A DNA stretch of 51,379 nucleotides from Leucoraja erinacea (taxonomy: Eukaryota). Location: positions 1 through 51,379 of the forward strand of contig NW_026575377.1 of assembly GCF_028641065.1 (NCBI RefSeq), read 5' to 3'. How positions within the stretch are numbered: the stretch's first letter is position 1; every line of letters begins with the position of its first letter. Positions 48,296-51,379 of this stretch are shown here, piece by piece. The notes beneath the pieces were generated by a model. It was not told where the DNA came from and ran no database searches. It was given only the letters and a program-made list of their open reading frames with translations. The position numbers were made by a program, and so were the translations under genes.

Positions 48296-48629
48296 TATGT
48301 GAGGTCACTTTAGTAGCAAAAACAGGAAGACAGATTATTATCTAAATGGAGTCAAGATTGGAAAAGGGGAAGTACAACGGGATCTGGGGGTCCTTGTTCA
48401 TCAGCCTATGAAAGTAAGCATGCAGGTACAGCAGGCAGTGAAGAAAGCTAATGGCATGTTGGACTTTATAACAAGAGGAGTCGAATATAGGAGCAAAGAT
48501 GTCCTTCTGCAGTTGTACAGAGCCCTAGTGAGACCACACCTGCAGTATTGTGTGCAGTTTTGGTCCCCTAATTTGAGGAAGGACGTTCTTGCTATTGAGG
48601 GAGTACAGCCTAGGTTTACAAGGGAGAGA

Positions 48630-49084
48630 ACGGGATGTTAGGGGATAGAGAGGAAGAGGGAGGAAGAAAGGAACAAGGGAGAGAGAGAAGAGAGAGAGAG
48701 AGGAGAGAAAGGGAGAAGCGAGAGAGAGAGAGGAGGGGGAGGAGAGAGAGAGAGAGAGAGAGAGAGGAGAGCGGGGGGAACGATGTCTAAGCGAGCGGAG
48801 AGAGAGAGGAAGAGAGAGAGGGAGAGGAGAGGAGAGGGATTATTGTGAACAAGAGTGTAGGGAGGAGGAGAGAGAGAGAGAGGAGAGGAGAGAGGGGAGA
48901 GGAGGAGAGAAGAGGAGAGGAAGGGAAGAGGAGGAGGGAGAGAGAGAGAAGGGAGAGAGGGAGGGGGAGAGGGGGGGAGAGAGAGGAAGAGAGAGAAAAG
49001 AAGAGAGATGTAGAGGTGGAGTAGAAGGGGAGGGAGAGAAGAATTGAAGAAAGGAGAAGAAAGAGGAGGGGAGAGGGAAGAGGG

Positions 49085-49115
<31 letters not shown>

Positions 49116-51379
49116 GGGGTGGTAGGAGGGGGATGTAGGGGAGAAGGATGAGAGAGGGAGGGGGAGTAGGAGATTGAAGAGACTAGGATGAGAAAGAAAA
49201 GGAGAGAGAGAGAGGAACAAGAGGAGAAGGGAGGAGGGAGAGAAAAGAGAGAGGCAAAGGGAGGAGAGGAGAGACCGGGAGAAAGTGGGAGAAAGAGAGA
49301 GAGGAGTGAGGAGAGAAGAAGAGAAAGAGGGAGGGAAGGAGAGAGGAGGGAGAGAGAGAGAAGAGAGGGGGAGGAGAGGAGAAAGGGAGAGGAGAGAGGG
49401 AGGGGAGGAGGGAAGAGGGGAGGAGAAAGGAAAGGGAGGGAGAGGAGAGGGGAAAGGAGGGAGGAGAGGGAGAGGGGGAAAAGGGGGGAGGAAGAGAGGG
49501 GAGAGAGGAGGGGGAAAGAGGAGAAAGGGAGAGGAGAGGAAAGAGGGGGAGGAGAGAGAGGAGAGGGGAGAAAGAGGGGAGGAGAGGGAGAGAGGAAGGG
49601 AGAGAGGGGAGGAGAGAAGAAGAGGGGGAGGGAGGGAGGGGAGGAGGAGGAGAAGAGGGGGAGAGAGGGGGGAGGGGGGAGATAGGAAAGAAGAGGAGGA
49701 GGGGAGAGACAGGAAGGAGAAAAAGGGGAGAGAGGAGGAGAGAGAGAGGAGAGAGAGGGGGAGGAGAGAGGGGGAGAGGAGAGGAGGAGAAAGAGGAGAG
49801 GGGGGGAGGGAGAGAGAGAAGAAGGGAGGAGAGGAGGGGGGGGAGGAGAAAGAGAGGGAGAGGAGAGAAGGATGGGGAAGGAGGGGGGAGAGAGAGAGGG
49901 GGGAGGGGAGGGGAGGGGGAGGGAGGAGAGGGAGAGGGAGTGGGAGAGGAGAAGGGAGGGGGGGAGAGAAGAGGAAGGGGAGGAGAGAGGAAAGAGGGAG
50001 AGGAGGGGAAGAGGAAGAGAGGAGGGAAGGGAGGGGAGGAGAGGGAGGGGAGGAAAAAGGGAGAGAGGAGGAGAGGGGGGGAGAGGAGAGGGAGAGAAGG
50101 GGAAGGAGAGGAGAGTGGAGGGGAAAGGAGGGAGAGGGGAGGAGAGGAGAGGAGAGGGAGAGGAGGGAGGAGAGAGGAGGAGGGAGAGGAGAGAGAAGGG
50201 AGAGAGGAGAGGAGAGAGGGGGGGAGGGGGAGAGAGGAGGGAGGAGAGAGAGGAGAGGAGAGAGAGAGAGAGGAGAGGGAGAGGAGAGAGAGATAAGAGA
50301 GAGAGGAGGGGAGGAAGAGGAGAGGAGAGAGAGAGAGAGAGGAGAGGAGGAGGAGAGGGGGGAGAGGAGGAGAGGGGAGAGGGGAGGGGAGGGGAGGGGA
50401 GGAGGAGGGGGAGAGAGGAGAGGAGAGAGAGGGGGAGAGAGAGGAGAGGAGGAGGGGGGAGGAGAGAGAGGGGAGAGAGAGGAGGGGAGGAGGGAGAGGA
50501 GAGGAGGGGAGAGGAGAGGGAGAAGGGAGGAGGGACAAGAGAGGGGGGAGGAGGAGAGGAGAGGAGAGGAGAGGGGGAGGAGAGGGAGGAGACGAGAGAG
50601 GGAGAGGAGGAGGAGAGGAGAAGGGGGGGAGGAGGGAGAGAGAGGAGAAGGGGGAGGAGGAGAGGAGGGAGGAGAAAGAGGAGAGAGAGAGAGAAGGGGA
50701 GAGGAGGGAGAGGAGGAGAGAGGGGAAGGAAGCGGAGAGGGGGGAGGAGAGGGGAGAGGAGAGGGGATGAGGGAGGGGAGAGACGAGGAGAGAGGGGAGG
50801 AGAGGAGGGGAGAGAAGAGGGGAGGAGAGGGGAGGAGAAGTGAGGGGAGGAGAGCAGAGGGTAGGGGAGGAGAGGAGAAAAGAGGAGAGGAGAGGGAGAG
50901 AGAGGAGAAGAGAGAGGAGAGGGGAGAGGGAGAGAGAGGAGAGAGAGGAGAGGGAGAGAGGGAGAGAGGAGGGAGAGGAGGAGAGAGAAGGAGAGAGGGG
51001 NNNNNNNNNNNNNNNNNNNNNNNNNNNNNNNNNNNNNNNNNNNNNNNNNNNNNNNNNNNNNNNNNNNNNNNNNNNNNNNNNNNNNNNNNNNNNNNNNNNN
51101 NNNNNNNNNNNNNNNNNNNNNNNNNNNNNNNNNNNNNNNNNNNNNNNNNNNNNNNNNNNNNNNNNNNNNAGGAGAGAGAGGGGGGGAGAGGGAGAAGAGG
51201 AGAAAGAGGAGAGAAGGGGGAGGGAGAGAGAGGAAGGGAGGAGAGAGAGAGGAGAGAGAGGGAGAAGAGGAACAGGAGGGGAGAGGAGAGAGGATAGATG
51301 ACAGGAGAGGGGAGGGCAGGAGAGGAGAGGGGGGGAGAGGGGAGGGGAGAGGGAGATGAGAGGAGGAGAGCGGAGAGGA
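48630..51379. repeat. Long GA polypurine/polypyrimidine tract (gap at 51001-51169)
   Basis: >2.5 kb almost entirely G/A on the + strand. Confidence 0.95.

Larger units (their letters stand above)
46460..48625 (+). mobile_element. CR1 LINE RT fragment interrupted by Tc1
   Basis: YINDLDD..ADDTKLGG..WAETWQMKF (to 46686); resumes at 48298 with CEV..SKNR, QQAVKKANGML, LVRPHLQYCVQFW. Confidence 0.9.

Noticed and set aside
48840-51301. Long Glu/Arg/Gly-rich and Pro/Leu/Ser-rich ORFs
   Set aside because: Artefacts of the GA polypurine tract

Overview
Vertebrate genomic DNA, most likely a cartilaginous fish (skate/ray-like, judged from HE1-like V-SINEs, shark-type CR1/Penelope repeats and the MHC class I tail), with four assembly gaps. 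It is not prokaryotic and has no CRISPR array. All host genes are on the minus strand and look like an MHC or MHC-derived block: (i) the 3' half of an MHC class I heavy-chain gene (alpha3, TM and two cytoplasmic exons, 40714-43408; alpha1/alpha2 not seen); (ii) a GPR139/142-like GPCR pseudogene (28985-34301); (iii) an apparently intact 6-exon RING/B-box/coiled-coil/PRY-SPRY TRIM gene (8712-21278, 471 aa if spliced as predicted); (iv) an intron-containing remnant of the last two exons of GTF2H4 (TFIIH p52), split by a CR1 insertion (6916-8047). Mobile DNA includes a truncated endogenous retrovirus (550-bp LTR, tRNA-Lys PBS, degraded gag) just upstream of the TRIM gene, a decayed BEL/Pao element in TRIM intron 5, a near-complete Passport-like Tc1 element nested in a CR1, a chromodomain Gypsy fragment, a Harbinger-type TIR pair enclosing three LINE fragments, L2/CR1/Rex1/Penelope fragments (Penelope ends carry hammerhead-like motifs) and several tandem repeats, some apparently born from CR1 RT coding sequence. 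Family assignments come from recalled motifs, not from database searches.
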